Positions 1 through 9,451 of a stretch of 64,000 nucleotides of DNA are shown here, piece by piece. Source of the DNA: an uncultured Chloroflexia bacterium (GTDB lineage: Bacteria > Chloroflexota > Ktedonobacteria > Ktedonobacterales > Ktedonobacteraceae); assembly GCA_963717105.1 (NCBI GenBank), contig CAVQVL010000012.1:122577-186576 (forward strand), read 5' to 3'. Position numbers and translations under genes: made by a program. The notes below the pieces were generated by a model. That model was not told the DNA's origin. It searched no databases and saw nothing but the letters and a program-made list of their open reading frames with translations. How positions within the stretch are numbered: position 1 is the first letter of the stretch; every line of letters starts with the position of its first letter.

Positions 1-961
1 ATTGCATCAACTGGAGATAGTCAACGATAATCAAGTCTATACCATGTTCGGCCTGCAAGCGACGTGCTTTACTACGCATCTCCACTGTAGATATACCCGC
101 TGTGTCGTCAATCCAGATATTGGCCTCGGAGAGCGTTCCCATTGAATAGATAATGCGTTCCCAATCGTCATCTTCAATCCAGCCAGTGCGCAGTCGTTGC
201 TGGTCAACAGCTGCATCCATGGAGAGCAAACGTTGTACCAACTGCTCCTTGCTCATCTCAAGGCTAAAAATGGCTATGGAGCGTTGATGCTTAATGGCAC
301 TGTTGTGAGCGAGACTGAGGGAAAGACTGGTCTTTCCTACTGCCGGCCGAGCTGCTAGAATGATCAAATCAGACTTCTGCAAGCCCCCTGTTAATCTGTC
401 AAGATCAGTGAAGCCGGTGGGAACACCAACGATGGTACCGCGTCGCTCGTGCAACTGGTCGAGCTTGTTCATGTATTCAGACAGCAGGTCGCGCAAGGGG
501 GAAAAGTCGGAGTGGGCGTGGCGTTGACCGATGCTGAAGATAAGCTGCTCAGCTTTCTCCAACGCTAGATCGGCGTCAACTTCGTCATAGGCGATGGCAG
601 CTATCTCGCCTGCCGCGTGTATCAAACGACGCAGGATAGCGGTACGCTCTACGATGCGCCCGTAGTATTCGACATTGCCACTGGTGGGAACCTGGTTGAT
701 AAGCGAGGTGATATAGCTGGCACCGCCAACATCTTCCAATTTGTTGCGCCGTTCCAGTTCGTCACAGATGGTGATGAAGTCCGCCGCTTCGCGCTGTTCG
801 TAGAGTTGTACAATGACTTCATAGATGCTGCGGTGCGCGTCGCGATAGAAATCCTCGGCAGTCAGGAAATCCCCCACCTGGACAATCGCCTCCGGGTCAA
901 TAATGATACTGCCCAGGACGCCGCGCTCGGCCTCTATGTTTTGCGGTAACAGTTTCTCCAC
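1..961 (-). CDS. dnaB: Replicative DNA helicase DnaB, N-terminal ~320 codons (3' end lies beyond window start)
   Basis: Absent from the ORF track because no stop lies in the window. My reverse-strand translation from GTG at 961 reads VEKLLPQNIEAERGVLGSIIIDPEAI..., then AARPAVGKTSLSLSLAHN (Walker A) and GIDLIIVDYLQLMQ at the window edge. Confidence 0.9.
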   Translation of the reverse strand, partial: MEKLLPQNIEAERGVLGSIIIDPEAIVQVGDFLTAEDFYRDAHRSIYEVIVQLYEQREAADFITICDELERRNKLEDVGGASYITSLINQVPTSGNVEYYGRIVERTAILRRLIHAAGEIAAIAYDEVDADLALEKAEQLIFSIGQRHAHSDFSPLRDLLSEYMNKLDQLHERRGTIVGVPTGFTDLDRLTGGLQKSDLIILAARPAVGKTSLSLSLAHNSAIKHQRSIAIFSLEMSKEQLVQRLLSMDAAVDQQRLRTGWIEDDDWERIIYSMGTLSEANIWIDDTAGISTVEMRSKARRLQAEHGIDLIIVDYLQLMQ

Positions 962-1188
962 GTCGTTTGGTTCCCTACTTGCTTTTTTTCATGGTTGTAT
1001 AGTAGCACATGCGTTCAATCTTTGCGCGTGGCAGTAAAGACAATGCAAGGGTACTCATGGCGATTCTTTTCGCTGCTTGCTCCGATTGCCGTGAATACCC
1101 TGACGCCTGTTGGCTCTCCCGAATTTGTGTGCTTTAACAGTGTAACGAATATTTTGACCGAAATCAATTGGTGAGTTTTGCCAGTCCA

Positions 1189-1343
1189 TGTGGATATGTG
1201 GATATCTTCCAAATTTTCCTGTGCTTGCCCAAGCACGAGGTTACACACCTTCATGACATAATGTGGACTTATCCCCCAGTTATCCACGAAAAGGCCGGAG
1301 TTATCCCAGGTTATCCACGAACTTATCCACATACATATCCACA
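1189..1343. promoter_or_regulatory. DnaA-box cluster in the dnaB / cyclophilin divergent intergenic region
   Basis: One perfect TTATCCACA (1323-1331). Single-mismatch boxes: TGTGGATAT x2 (1189-1205), TTATCCACG (1280-1288, 1311-1319), ATATCCACA (1335-1343). Weaker: TTATCCCAG (1301-1309). Confidence 0.6.
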
Positions 1344-1497
1344 GGGAATGTCCGATACGAGGCAGTATTCGTAGGAAAAATGTCTATTATCGTTAGCCTG
1401 CAAAGGGACTTTTAGCACTTATTGCCGGAGGATATCTGCCGACACAATCGCGCAGATTTGGGGGCTTGACCCAATAGAAGAAGAGAGTTATTATAGC

Positions 1498-2478
1498 ATG
1501 GAGAATTTCACGGTTCATACTGACCGCCCCACAGAATCGTCAGTAGACATGGGGGCAGAAGTCATCAATGTTATAAAGGAGTTGTTGCAAAACCCCATGC
1601 CAAAAACATCAAAGCGAGCCGCCACCAGGCGAGCGGCAAAAATTGCCAGATTGCACGCGACGGAATTACCGAAACTTGAGGTAAAAGAGGCCGCTCCGCG
1701 AAGGCAGGCTCCCGGCTACAAAAAACCCAGCCGTGGTATTGCCCGTTATCCGTGGGCGACCGTCTTGACGGTATTGATCATCGGCCTGAGTATCTACACC
1801 CTCTATTTCTATCATGTCGGGCCATTTGCACCGAAGACTATACCGGCTAAGCCGGTAGCAACACAGGGACCGATAGTGGTCCCTTCACCTTGCAACAAGA
1901 TCGTCAATCAGTTGACCGATACCTCTCCTGCCCCGACTGCCTTGGAGTTCAAGGCGATAAAGCATACATACTCGAAGCCACCTGTTATGACGATCGACAC
2001 CAACAAAATCTATTGCGCAGGTATCAATACCAACCGCGGCCTGATCGTCGTGGAGCTTGATCCGAAGTCGGCACCACTGACGGTCAACAACTTTGTCTTC
2101 CTGGCACAGAACCAATTTTATGATGGTCTCAAATTCCATCGTGTAGTACCCGGTTTTGTTGCTCAGACAGGCGACCCGCTAGGTACTGGTCTCGGTGGCC
2201 CCGGTTATAAGTTCAAAGATGAGCCAGTCAAAGGACAATATACCGAGGGGTGTCTGGCGATGGCGAACTCCGGTGCTAATACCAATGGCAGCCAGTTTTT
2301 CATCTGTACTGCCAATGACACAAAATCCCTGCAAGCGAAATATAACCTGTTCGGGCATATTGTGCGGGGGATAGAAGTGGCATTGAAAATTCAAGGCCCC
2401 AATCCTGACGGTACTGCGGCCCAACAAAAAATTACCCCGGATATCATTAACCACATTATTGTGGCTATAGCTCCATAA
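1498..2478 (+). CDS. Membrane-anchored cyclophilin-type peptidyl-prolyl cis-trans isomerase
   Basis: 326-aa ORF with a basic N-terminus and one hydrophobic helix (WATVLTVLIIGLSIYTLYFY). C-terminal cyclophilin core: [39 protein letters not shown]. Confidence 0.85.
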   Translation: MENFTVHTDRPTESSVDMGAEVINVIKELLQNPMPKTSKRAATRRAAKIARLHATELPKLEVKEAAPRRQAPGYKKPSRGIARYPWATVLTVLIIGLSIYTLYFYHVGPFAPKTIPAKPVATQGPIVVPSPCNKIVNQLTDTSPAPTALEFKAIKHTYSKPPVMTIDTNKIYCAGINTNRGLIVVELDPKSAPLTVNNFVFLAQNQFYDGLKFHRVVPGFVAQTGDPLGTGLGGPGYKFKDEPVKGQYTEGCLAMANSGANTNGSQFFICTANDTKSLQAKYNLFGHIVRGIEVALKIQGPNPDGTAAQQKITPDIINHIIVAIAP

Positions 2479-2495
2479 CTTGAAAGGATACAAGC

Positions 2496-3011
2496 ATGGC
2501 ATCAAAGCAATACAGTGCCCCGCCCCAGATGCAAATTGACCCGAAGAAACACTATCAGGCCATATTCCATACGGAGCAGGGCGATTTTCAGGTCGAGTTG
2601 TTCGCGGCCCAGGCACCGGTGACCGTCAACAACTTTGTCTTCCTGGCCCGCGAGGGTTTCTACAACGGCACAACGTTCCATCGCGTTATGCATAACTTCA
2701 TGGCACAGGGCGGCGATCCCACCGGTACAGGTATGGGTGGCCCCGGCTACAAATTCAACGACGAGCGCGGTGCCCTCGAACTTCAACACAACAGCGAAGG
2801 TATTCTCTCGATGGCCAATGCTGGCCGCAACACCAACGGCTCGCAGTTCTTTATCACCTACGGCCCGACGCCCCACCTGAACGGCAAGCACGGCGTCTTC
2901 GGCAAAGTCACCTCCGGTATGAATGTCGTGCACTCCATTGAGGAACGCGACCCGCAACGCGCCCGCAACGCCGGCACCCAGGTCCTCTCGATAGATATCG
3001 TTGAGAGCTAG
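2496..3011 (+). CDS. Cyclophilin-type peptidyl-prolyl cis-trans isomerase (soluble)
   Basis: 171-aa ORF with [30 protein letters not shown] and [16 protein letters not shown] motifs. Confidence 0.9.
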   Translation: MASKQYSAPPQMQIDPKKHYQAIFHTEQGDFQVELFAAQAPVTVNNFVFLAREGFYNGTTFHRVMHNFMAQGGDPTGTGMGGPGYKFNDERGALELQHNSEGILSMANAGRNTNGSQFFITYGPTPHLNGKHGVFGKVTSGMNVVHSIEERDPQRARNAGTQVLSIDIVES

Positions 3012-3093
3012 TAGAGAAGTACCTGCTCATACAAAAGTTAACTGGTCGCCGACGGCGACCAGTTAACTTTTGTATGAGCAGGTACTTCTCTAC
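3011..3093. terminator. Perfect 40-bp-stem hairpin (3-nt loop) starting at the last base of the PPIase stop codon
   Basis: 3011-3050 is the exact reverse complement of 3054-3093 (checked base by base). Confidence 0.7.
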
Positions 3094-3104
3094 TGTACAT
3101 ATAA

Positions 3105-4304
3105 TTGGCTCCAATCCTTGAAAGATATACCGGTCTGACCCTTCCTCGTGTTATAATACCTCTGGATATATGCGAACACATGCGCATACCTTACTTACTC
3201 ATACGGGAAAGACAATCTTTGGATCGACCACAGCAGCTGAATGACATACACATACTTCCACTGTTACCGCCGCCGGGGCGGCGTTATGTGCGCTCGTTTC
3301 TTTTTGCGCGGCGCATTGATGCACCTTTTGCGAAGGTACATTTGATTGCGCGGATCATACTGGTTCTGTGCCTCTCTTCGGCCCTCTTGCGCACAATCAA
3401 TACGGGACAGCCTGATCTTGTGGGGGCGGCTCTGCTTTGGTGCGCCGCCCTGTGCGTGTTTCTCCTGAGCGGCATCAGCGCAAGAGTGGCGCGTTTGTAT
3501 GCTCTGCTTACGTTGCCTGCGCTACTGGCGATTTTTTTGACGTGGGCAATTTTCAATCCTATCCCCGGTAGCGTCACATTAGTACGCCTTTCAGTGTATG
3601 CAGGTCAGCTTGATATTGCGCTGGCACCGTGGCAAGCCGTGTTGTTGCTGATTGGTGGCGGCTATTTTTTGTGGACACGCAAACTCGCGTTGGGCATACT
3701 ATGTAGCATCATAGCAGCTTTTATCGTCGCACATTGGGTGCCACTGCCCGAATGGCGGCTGGCACAGGTCGCTTTTTTCCACCCGTTGACGGTGCTGGTC
3801 AGTGATCGAGGTTTGCTGACGGCGATTACAAAAGTTATTGGGTACGCGGGAATGGTGCTGGCTACTATCGCCCTTGTCGTCACGGCGCGGGATGTCGAGT
3901 TGATTGGTGCATTGCGACAACTGCACGTACCATCGGCCGTTACCTTCTTTCTAGCTACTGTGTTTCGATCGCTCGACCTTGCGCTGGCGGACTACAACAC
4001 TATTCACTCGGCACAGGTGGCACGAGCCGTCAATGCCCGCCCGCGCAGTTTCATCCAGCGTTTGCGCGATCTGGCAAGCATCGCGGTACCGATGGTTGCA
4101 ATGATGATCCGGCGTTCCAGCGAAATCGGCGACGCACTGTTGGTTCGTGGCTACACGCTTGGTCGCCGGGATAAGGATTTCTACGAAACCAGTCCGTGGC
4201 GGCTGCTTGATTGGGACGTCGTTGCACTGAGTCTTGTCCTGCTCTATCTCGCAGTAGGGCCGCATCCCACTGTAACGGCGTTGCTGTGGAGTGGCTACCT
4301 ATGA
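3105..4304 (+). CDS. ecfT: ECF transporter transmembrane (T) component, EcfT/CbiQ family
   Basis: Polytopic ORF with the C-terminal signature MMIRRSSEIGDALLVRGY. Its stop overlaps the ATPase start (ATGA at 4301-4304). The true start may be the in-frame ATG at 3180, because an extended -10 (TGTTATAAT, 3149-3157) lies inside the long ORF. Confidence 0.75.
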   Translation: MAPILERYTGLTLPRVIIPLDICEHMRIPYLLIRERQSLDRPQQLNDIHILPLLPPPGRRYVRSFLFARRIDAPFAKVHLIARIILVLCLSSALLRTINTGQPDLVGAALLWCAALCVFLLSGISARVARLYALLTLPALLAIFLTWAIFNPIPGSVTLVRLSVYAGQLDIALAPWQAVLLLIGGGYFLWTRKLALGILCSIIAAFIVAHWVPLPEWRLAQVAFFHPLTVLVSDRGLLTAITKVIGYAGMVLATIALVVTARDVELIGALRQLHVPSAVTFFLATVFRSLDLALADYNTIHSAQVARAVNARPRSFIQRLRDLASIAVPMVAMMIRRSSEIGDALLVRGYTLGRRDKDFYETSPWRLLDWDVVALSLVLLYLAVGPHPTVTALLWSGYL

Positions 4305-6298
4305 CAACGGATGCACTGCGCATAGACGGCCTCTGGTGGCGATATCCAACCTATAGTGACGAAGCCAATGCATGGATATTGCGCGACGTTCGCCTGAATG
4401 TGGAGCAAGGGACATGTTTCGGCATTACTGGCCCAGGTGGTGCGGGTAAAACGACGCTGTGCCGGGCCATGCTCGGTATCATTCCGCATAGCGCACGCCT
4501 CACCTCCGAGCAGCTGCCGCAGCATTTTCGTGGCAATGTCGCCGTATTTGGCGAGACCGTCACTTCACAAACGCCCCTCACGAACCATATTGGTATGGTC
4601 TTGCAAGACCCGGAAAACCAGTTCTTACGTATGAGCTTGCTGCATGAACTGGGGCTCGGTTTGCAAATCCAGGGTGTGCCTTCCAATGAGATTTTGCAGC
4701 GTACTCATGAAGCATTAGCAATGGTTGGGCTGGAACATCTCTGGCACGGCGCAGCCTATCTTCATCCTGCCGACCTCTCAGGTGGACAAAAACAGCGCGT
4801 CGCCATCGCTGCTTTTCTGGCAATGCGCCCGCGCATCCTTGTCCTCGACGAACCAACCAGCGACCTTGACCCAGCTGGCAAGCGCGAAATTATTAAGACG
4901 ATTGCACGCCTGCGCCAGCAAGAGCAAATGACCATTATTCTGGTCGAACAAGACCCCGATATTCTCGCCACCTTCTGCAATACCATCGCATTACTTCACG
5001 AGGGCCGCGTGGCACTGGTCGCGCCGCCAGCCGAATTTTACGCTCAACGCACTCTCTTAGAGCAGAGTGGAGCCTCCGTTGGCGAACTACCCCGCATCTC
5101 CTGGTATAGCGGCTATACCTTTGATGGGCGTCCGCCATTAACCATAGAGGAAGGCGCGACGGCGTTCGGTGCTGGTTTGACGGTGAGGCAGACAGCCACA
5201 CATGACCCGACGGATGATAGATGGATAGCCAAGAGCCGGACGGTCACAAATGAGCCCACGGACGCCCACAAGGGGCCCCACCCCACATCCACCCAGCCCC
5301 CGTCCCTACTATATACGGAAGGCACATCCTCGGAGGATGTTTCCGCAAAGCGGACGTATTTCCGGCGTATAGTAGGGACGGGGGTGGCGTGGTTGCGGGG
5401 TGGGGCCCCTTGTGGGCGTCCGTCCGGGTCCTCCATTGCCAATATAACTCATGCCGGTGGTGAGCCCTCCGGTTCCCCCGTGGTCACTGCCGAGAATGTT
5501 GGGTATCACTATGCAGACGGCACGGTGGCGTTACAGGGGGTTGACATGACGGTATACCGGGGCGAAATGCTGGCATTGTTGGGACCGAATGGGAGCGGAA
5601 AAACGACATTGGCTCGCATACTGGCGGGCCTGTATCGCGCCTCTCGTGGGAGCGTGCACGTATTGGGGCAAGACCTTTCCTCACGCAAGGTACGCGCACG
5701 GTTGCCGCGCTCCGTGGGTTACGTTTTCCAGAACCCCGACCACCAGCTTTTCCGCCGCAAGGTCTCCGACGAAATTGCTTATGGACTCAAGAATCTGGGT
5801 ATTGACGCCGCACATCGCCGCATCATCGTTGAAGAGACATTGGAAGCGGTCAACCTCACTCGCTACGCGAACGAAGATCCGCTTTTCTTAAGCAAGGGAC
5901 AACGCCAACGTCTGGCTGTAGCAGCAGTACTGGCGATGGGAGCGGAGATTCTGGTGGTAGACGAGCCGACGACCGGGCAGGACTTCCGCTCGGTACAAGC
6001 CATCATGCATCTGCTCGTGAATCTACAACAGCAGGGCAAAACGATTGTCATCATCACTCATGACATGTCGCTCGTTGCCGAATATTGCCAGCGCGTCTTC
6101 ACTTTCCGCACTGGGCGTATTGCTTTCACGGGAACGCCGCGAGAACTTTTCCAGAATCGCGACGTTCTTCACAGAACCGAATTACGCCAGCCGACTGCGG
6201 CGGCACTCTCCAGCCATCTGCGCGAATCATACCCCGAATTACCCTTCCTGCTGACCGTCCAGGAATGGGTAGACGCATTGTCACACGGTGAGAAATAA
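4301..6298 (+). CDS. Fused double ABC ATPase of an ECF transporter (EcfA1-EcfA2-like) with an unusually long inter-domain linker
   Basis: Two Walker A motifs (GPGGAGKTT, GPNGSGKTT), two signature motifs (LSGGQKQRV, LSKGQRQRL) and two Walker B motifs (LVLDEPTS, LVVDEPTT). Start taken at ATG 4301, coupled to the ecfT stop. Confidence 0.85.
   Translation: MTTDALRIDGLWWRYPTYSDEANAWILRDVRLNVEQGTCFGITGPGGAGKTTLCRAMLGIIPHSARLTSEQLPQHFRGNVAVFGETVTSQTPLTNHIGMVLQDPENQFLRMSLLHELGLGLQIQGVPSNEILQRTHEALAMVGLEHLWHGAAYLHPADLSGGQKQRVAIAAFLAMRPRILVLDEPTSDLDPAGKREIIKTIARLRQQEQMTIILVEQDPDILATFCNTIALLHEGRVALVAPPAEFYAQRTLLEQSGASVGELPRISWYSGYTFDGRPPLTIEEGATAFGAGLTVRQTATHDPTDDRWIAKSRTVTNEPTDAHKGPHPTSTQPPSLLYTEGTSSEDVSAKRTYFRRIVGTGVAWLRGGAPCGRPSGSSIANITHAGGEPSGSPVVTAENVGYHYADGTVALQGVDMTVYRGEMLALLGPNGSGKTTLARILAGLYRASRGSVHVLGQDLSSRKVRARLPRSVGYVFQNPDHQLFRRKVSDEIAYGLKNLGIDAAHRRIIVEETLEAVNLTRYANEDPLFLSKGQRQRLAVAAVLAMGAEILVVDEPTTGQDFRSVQAIMHLLVNLQQQGKTIVIITHDMSLVAEYCQRVFTFRTGRIAFTGTPRELFQNRDVLHRTELRQPTAAALSSHLRESYPELPFLLTVQEWVDALSHGEK
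5260..5421. repeat. Imperfect inverted repeat (~54-nt arms, 5 mismatches) translated in-frame within the ATPase linker
   Basis: 5260-5313 versus the reverse complement of 5367-5421: the first 21 nt and a further 10-nt block are identical, and the two 10-nt blocks between them carry 2 and 3 mismatches. The spacer contains the small hairpins ACATCCTCGGAGGATGT and CCGCAAAGCGG. Confidence 0.7.
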
Positions 6299-6324
6299 CT
6301 CGTCGAGAAGGATGGATTGGTTTG

Positions 6325-7017
6325 TCAGCTCAAGGCGTTGCGTATTGTTAGCCCGAAGCGTTCAACTACCGGCCCCAGGGTTCGCAATAGGACGGAACCA
6401 ACAACAATCGTCACCACTACATTTGATAATACCCACGCGAACCAGCCAGGGAGCAACACATTGGGAGGGTTGATGCCACTCCAGATTAAGATGAGGTTGC
6501 CGTAGAGTCCACCGATGATGTTATTGGGTAACACGGCACAGAAGAGAAAAAAGAGGAAGCCGCGCACAGTAAATACATCCTTGCCGATGGGATTGACGCC
6601 GAGGCGTTTTGCCAACAAGCGGTACAACAGCATCGGTAATCCTAACTGAATCAGGTCAACCGTGCCAAAAGGAAGTGCCGTTAGTAGAGGCAAACCTGCT
6701 AGCAAGCCCGCACCCACAAAATTGCCGATATAGGCGATCACAAATGCCCAGCCGCCAAACCAGATAGCGAAGGGAATACCAAAACCAATCGCCAGGAAAA
6801 CCGCCGAGACGACAGAAATACCGGAAGGGAGCGAGATAATAGCCAGCCACGAAAGAATGGTATACACGGCGGTAGCGACGGCGACGGCGACAATTTGTCC
6901 CAGCGTCGGCGGTGGCACACCACGTAAACGCAGCGAATAGATAATGCGCGTTGAGACGCTACCTTCTAGTGGGGGCGGCTCGTGTATGTCCGGCGGCTCG
7001 GTTGCCTTGTTGCTCAT
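6325..7017 (-). CDS. Polytopic membrane protein, possibly the substrate-binding (S) component of the adjacent ECF module
   Basis: 230-aa hydrophobic ORF convergent with the ECF ATPase. The assignment rests on context only. Confidence 0.4.
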   Translation of the reverse strand: MSNKATEPPDIHEPPPLEGSVSTRIIYSLRLRGVPPPTLGQIVAVAVATAVYTILSWLAIISLPSGISVVSAVFLAIGFGIPFAIWFGGWAFVIAYIGNFVGAGLLAGLPLLTALPFGTVDLIQLGLPMLLYRLLAKRLGVNPIGKDVFTVRGFLFFLFCAVLPNNIIGGLYGNLILIWSGINPPNVLLPGWFAWVLSNVVVTIVVGSVLLRTLGPVVERFGLTIRNALS

Positions 7018-7097
7018 TCATATATCCCTTTCTCTTGTTCTTCGAAGATAAACTGCTAACCTACTGTATCACACAAGGCTACCGTACTTCCATGAAA

Positions 7098-7170
7098 TGT
7101 ATATAACAACACGAGCCAGCTAGAAAAACTTCTAAGAAGTTTTTCTAGCTGGCTCGTGTTGTTATATACA
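7098..7170. terminator. Perfect 36-bp-stem palindrome (1-nt centre)
   Basis: 7098-7133 is the reverse complement of 7135-7170. It lies 8 nt downstream of the stop of the minus-strand ORF 7178-7417. Confidence 0.55.
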
Positions 7171-7177
7171 AAAAATC

Positions 7178-7417
7178 TTACAATTCTTGACCATCACTGC
7201 CGTGACCAGAAGCTTTGCGAATATAGCTACTGCCATCACAGGTGGACTGGGCCGCGCCCTGATCACCGGCGGCGGCAAAGATGCTGATATGGCGACTGGT
7301 GGCGTCGCGGTATGCCCGGTGTTCTTGCTGCAAGAGAACGTGGATGTTGCTATAGATGCACGAAAAACCAGAAGCGTTCTGTCTATGTACCCATGTACAG
7401 CTGGCAGTTGGCCCCAT
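7178..7417 (-). pseudogene. Possible remnant of a sedolisin/subtilase-type (S53/S8) peptidase
   Basis: 79-aa ORF containing ISIFAAAGDQGAAQSTCDGSSY, which resembles the (A/S)SGDxGA block of S53 peptidases. No catalytic N- or C-terminal parts are present. Confidence 0.25.
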
Positions 7418-7718
7418 CTATCCACCTCACTTAACTACTCTCTACTCACCAGAAGACGAACTTTCCATTTTCTCATTATTAATGAAAATGCGCCATTTGT
7501 AAAGGTGAAGACGGTTGAGGTTTGGTTGCGGCTTGGTTGCGGCTTGCCCGGAATAGAATCGCTGAAAGCAATGTTGGAAAAGAGAGAAAGAATGCAATAG
7601 CGAGAGAACGGGGGAATAGCCCGAACGGCGGGTTCAGCAAAAGTTGGCTTGACAGCGGACATGTTGCTGATGTATTATCCACTGGTGAGGATTTTTCCCT
7701 TTTTATAGTAGAAAACCT

Positions 7719-7801
7719 GGGCGGTTGCTGAAATTGGTAGACAGGATAGACTTAGGATCTATTGGTGATGAACCGTGAGAGTTCGAGTCTCTCACCGCCC
7801 A
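7719..7801 (+). tRNA. tRNA-Leu (anticodon TAG)
   Basis: Acceptor stem GGGCGGT/ACCGCCC. Anticodon stem ATAGA/TCTAT with loop CTTAGGA. Long variable arm. T-arm GAGAG-TTCGAGT-CTCTC. Discriminator A. Confidence 0.9.
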
Positions 7802-7871
7802 CCGCGCTGTAAGGCGCAGATTTTTTGCGAAAAGAAAACATGAGTGGTCACTCGCGCCTGTTGGAGGAAAT

Positions 7872-9356
7872 GTGAAGGTTTCGGTCGAAAAGCTGCCAAC
7901 CAGTGAAGCGGTCTTAAATGTAGATTTGACCTGGGACGACCTGGAAAAGGCATCAGATAAAGCATATCGAAAATTAGTAAAGCAAGTTGATATACAGGGC
8001 TTTCGTCGTGGCAAGGCCCCACGCTCTTTGCTTGAGCGCAAAATTGGCAAAGAATCTATCTATCAGGAAGGTCTTGATGAACTGATCAATGAGACCTACC
8101 GCAATGCCTTGAAAGAACATGAATTAACCCCCATTCGGCAGCCAGAGGTTGATGCGCCCGTTCTGGAGATCGGGCAGCCGTACCACTTTAGCCTCAAAGT
8201 CCCAATCCTCTCTCCCGTCGTCCTGGGCGATTACCACTCACTTCATATTGACCGTGAAGAAGTCGCTGTCACCTCAGAAGAGGTTGAAAGCGAGATAGAA
8301 TCGCTGCGTAACCGGCAAGTCACCTGGCATGAAGTTGAACGCCCCGCCGAATATGGCGACCGCGTCACCGTTGATCTCAAACTCACGGTTGAAGAAGAGA
8401 ACATCTCCGACCTGAAAGACAATCCCTTTGAGCTGACACAGGAACGACATGGCCTGTTCGTTGGCATGGATGAGCAGGTGGTAGGAATGCAGCCCGGCGA
8501 GAGCAAAGATTTCACCACCACTATTCCCGCCGACTACTCAAATGAGAAAATAGCGGGCAAAGAGGCACACTACCATGTGACCCTCTATAAAATAGAGGCC
8601 AAGGAAACTCCTGAACTCGATGATGCCTTCGCGGCTAAGGTCAGCGAAAGCCAATTCGAGACAATGGAAGACTTGCGCAAAGCCATCAGCGACAATATTC
8701 TGGAGAACAAGCAGCGACATGTACGCGATGAGCTGCGTGAGCAGGTAGTCAACGCCGTCATCGAACAGGCCGAGGTCACACTGCACCCGGTGCTGGTTGA
8801 CGAAGAGGCGGAAGAGATGGTACACCAACTGTCACACAACTTGGAACGACAACGCATGTCGCTGGATCAGTACTTCATGCTCACGAAAAAGACACGCGAA
8901 GAATATCTGCAAGATATCCGCCCCGCTGCGGAAGCGCGTGTGAAGAGCCAGCTTGTACTGGACGAGGTAGCGCGAGAAGAGAAAATCAGCGTCGCGCCCG
9001 AAGAGTTAGAGGCACTTTATCGTGCATATGCCCAGGCCGGACAGCAGTTGGCTCGCTCGGAGGAACAAATCCGTTCGCTGTTATTCAGCTACCGGCGTGA
9101 AAAGACAATTACATTTCTGGTAGATGCGATTGCTGGCCCCGATCCCGATCAAATCAACGAGGAAGAGCAAAGCATTGAGAACGCGGAGGCCGCCGCTATC
9201 GCAGGTGAGCCCGACGTGATAGCCGAAGTTGAGGATGCCGGTGAGGCAACCGAGACACCTGAGGCAACTGGGGCAAGCGAAGTGACTGATACCAGTGTTG
9301 ACGAACAGGTTGACACGCCTGAAGCAACTGGCAACGTAGAGATGGGGGCGCAGTAA
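7872..9356 (+). CDS. tig: Trigger factor with an acidic C-terminal extension
   Basis: GTG start. N-terminus [55 protein letters not shown] is typical of Tig. The tail has PEATG repeats. Confidence 0.9.
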   Translation: MKVSVEKLPTSEAVLNVDLTWDDLEKASDKAYRKLVKQVDIQGFRRGKAPRSLLERKIGKESIYQEGLDELINETYRNALKEHELTPIRQPEVDAPVLEIGQPYHFSLKVPILSPVVLGDYHSLHIDREEVAVTSEEVESEIESLRNRQVTWHEVERPAEYGDRVTVDLKLTVEEENISDLKDNPFELTQERHGLFVGMDEQVVGMQPGESKDFTTTIPADYSNEKIAGKEAHYHVTLYKIEAKETPELDDAFAAKVSESQFETMEDLRKAISDNILENKQRHVRDELREQVVNAVIEQAEVTLHPVLVDEEAEEMVHQLSHNLERQRMSLDQYFMLTKKTREEYLQDIRPAAEARVKSQLVLDEVAREEKISVAPEELEALYRAYAQAGQQLARSEEQIRSLLFSYRREKTITFLVDAIAGPDPDQINEEEQSIENAEAAAIAGEPDVIAEVEDAGEATETPEATGASEVTDTSVDEQVDTPEATGNVEMGAQ

Positions 9357-9451
9357 CCTGCGTCCTAATGAGGGACTACCAAGCCAGCCCGGTAACGCGC
9401 TTTCGCGCTAGCTACGCTCAACCGGGCTGTAATGAGGAAAAGGTAACCAAC

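Noticed and set aside
617-949. 110-aa plus-strand ORF.
   Set aside because: It lies entirely antisense to the clearly recognisable dnaB coding sequence and has no motif. It is a shadow ORF.
3094-3300. Possible riboswitch upstream of the ECF transporter module.
   Set aside because: I could not recognise any conserved riboswitch core (TPP, FMN, cobalamin, preQ1) by eye. Only an extended -10-like element is visible. A covariance-model scan (Rfam/Infernal) would be needed.
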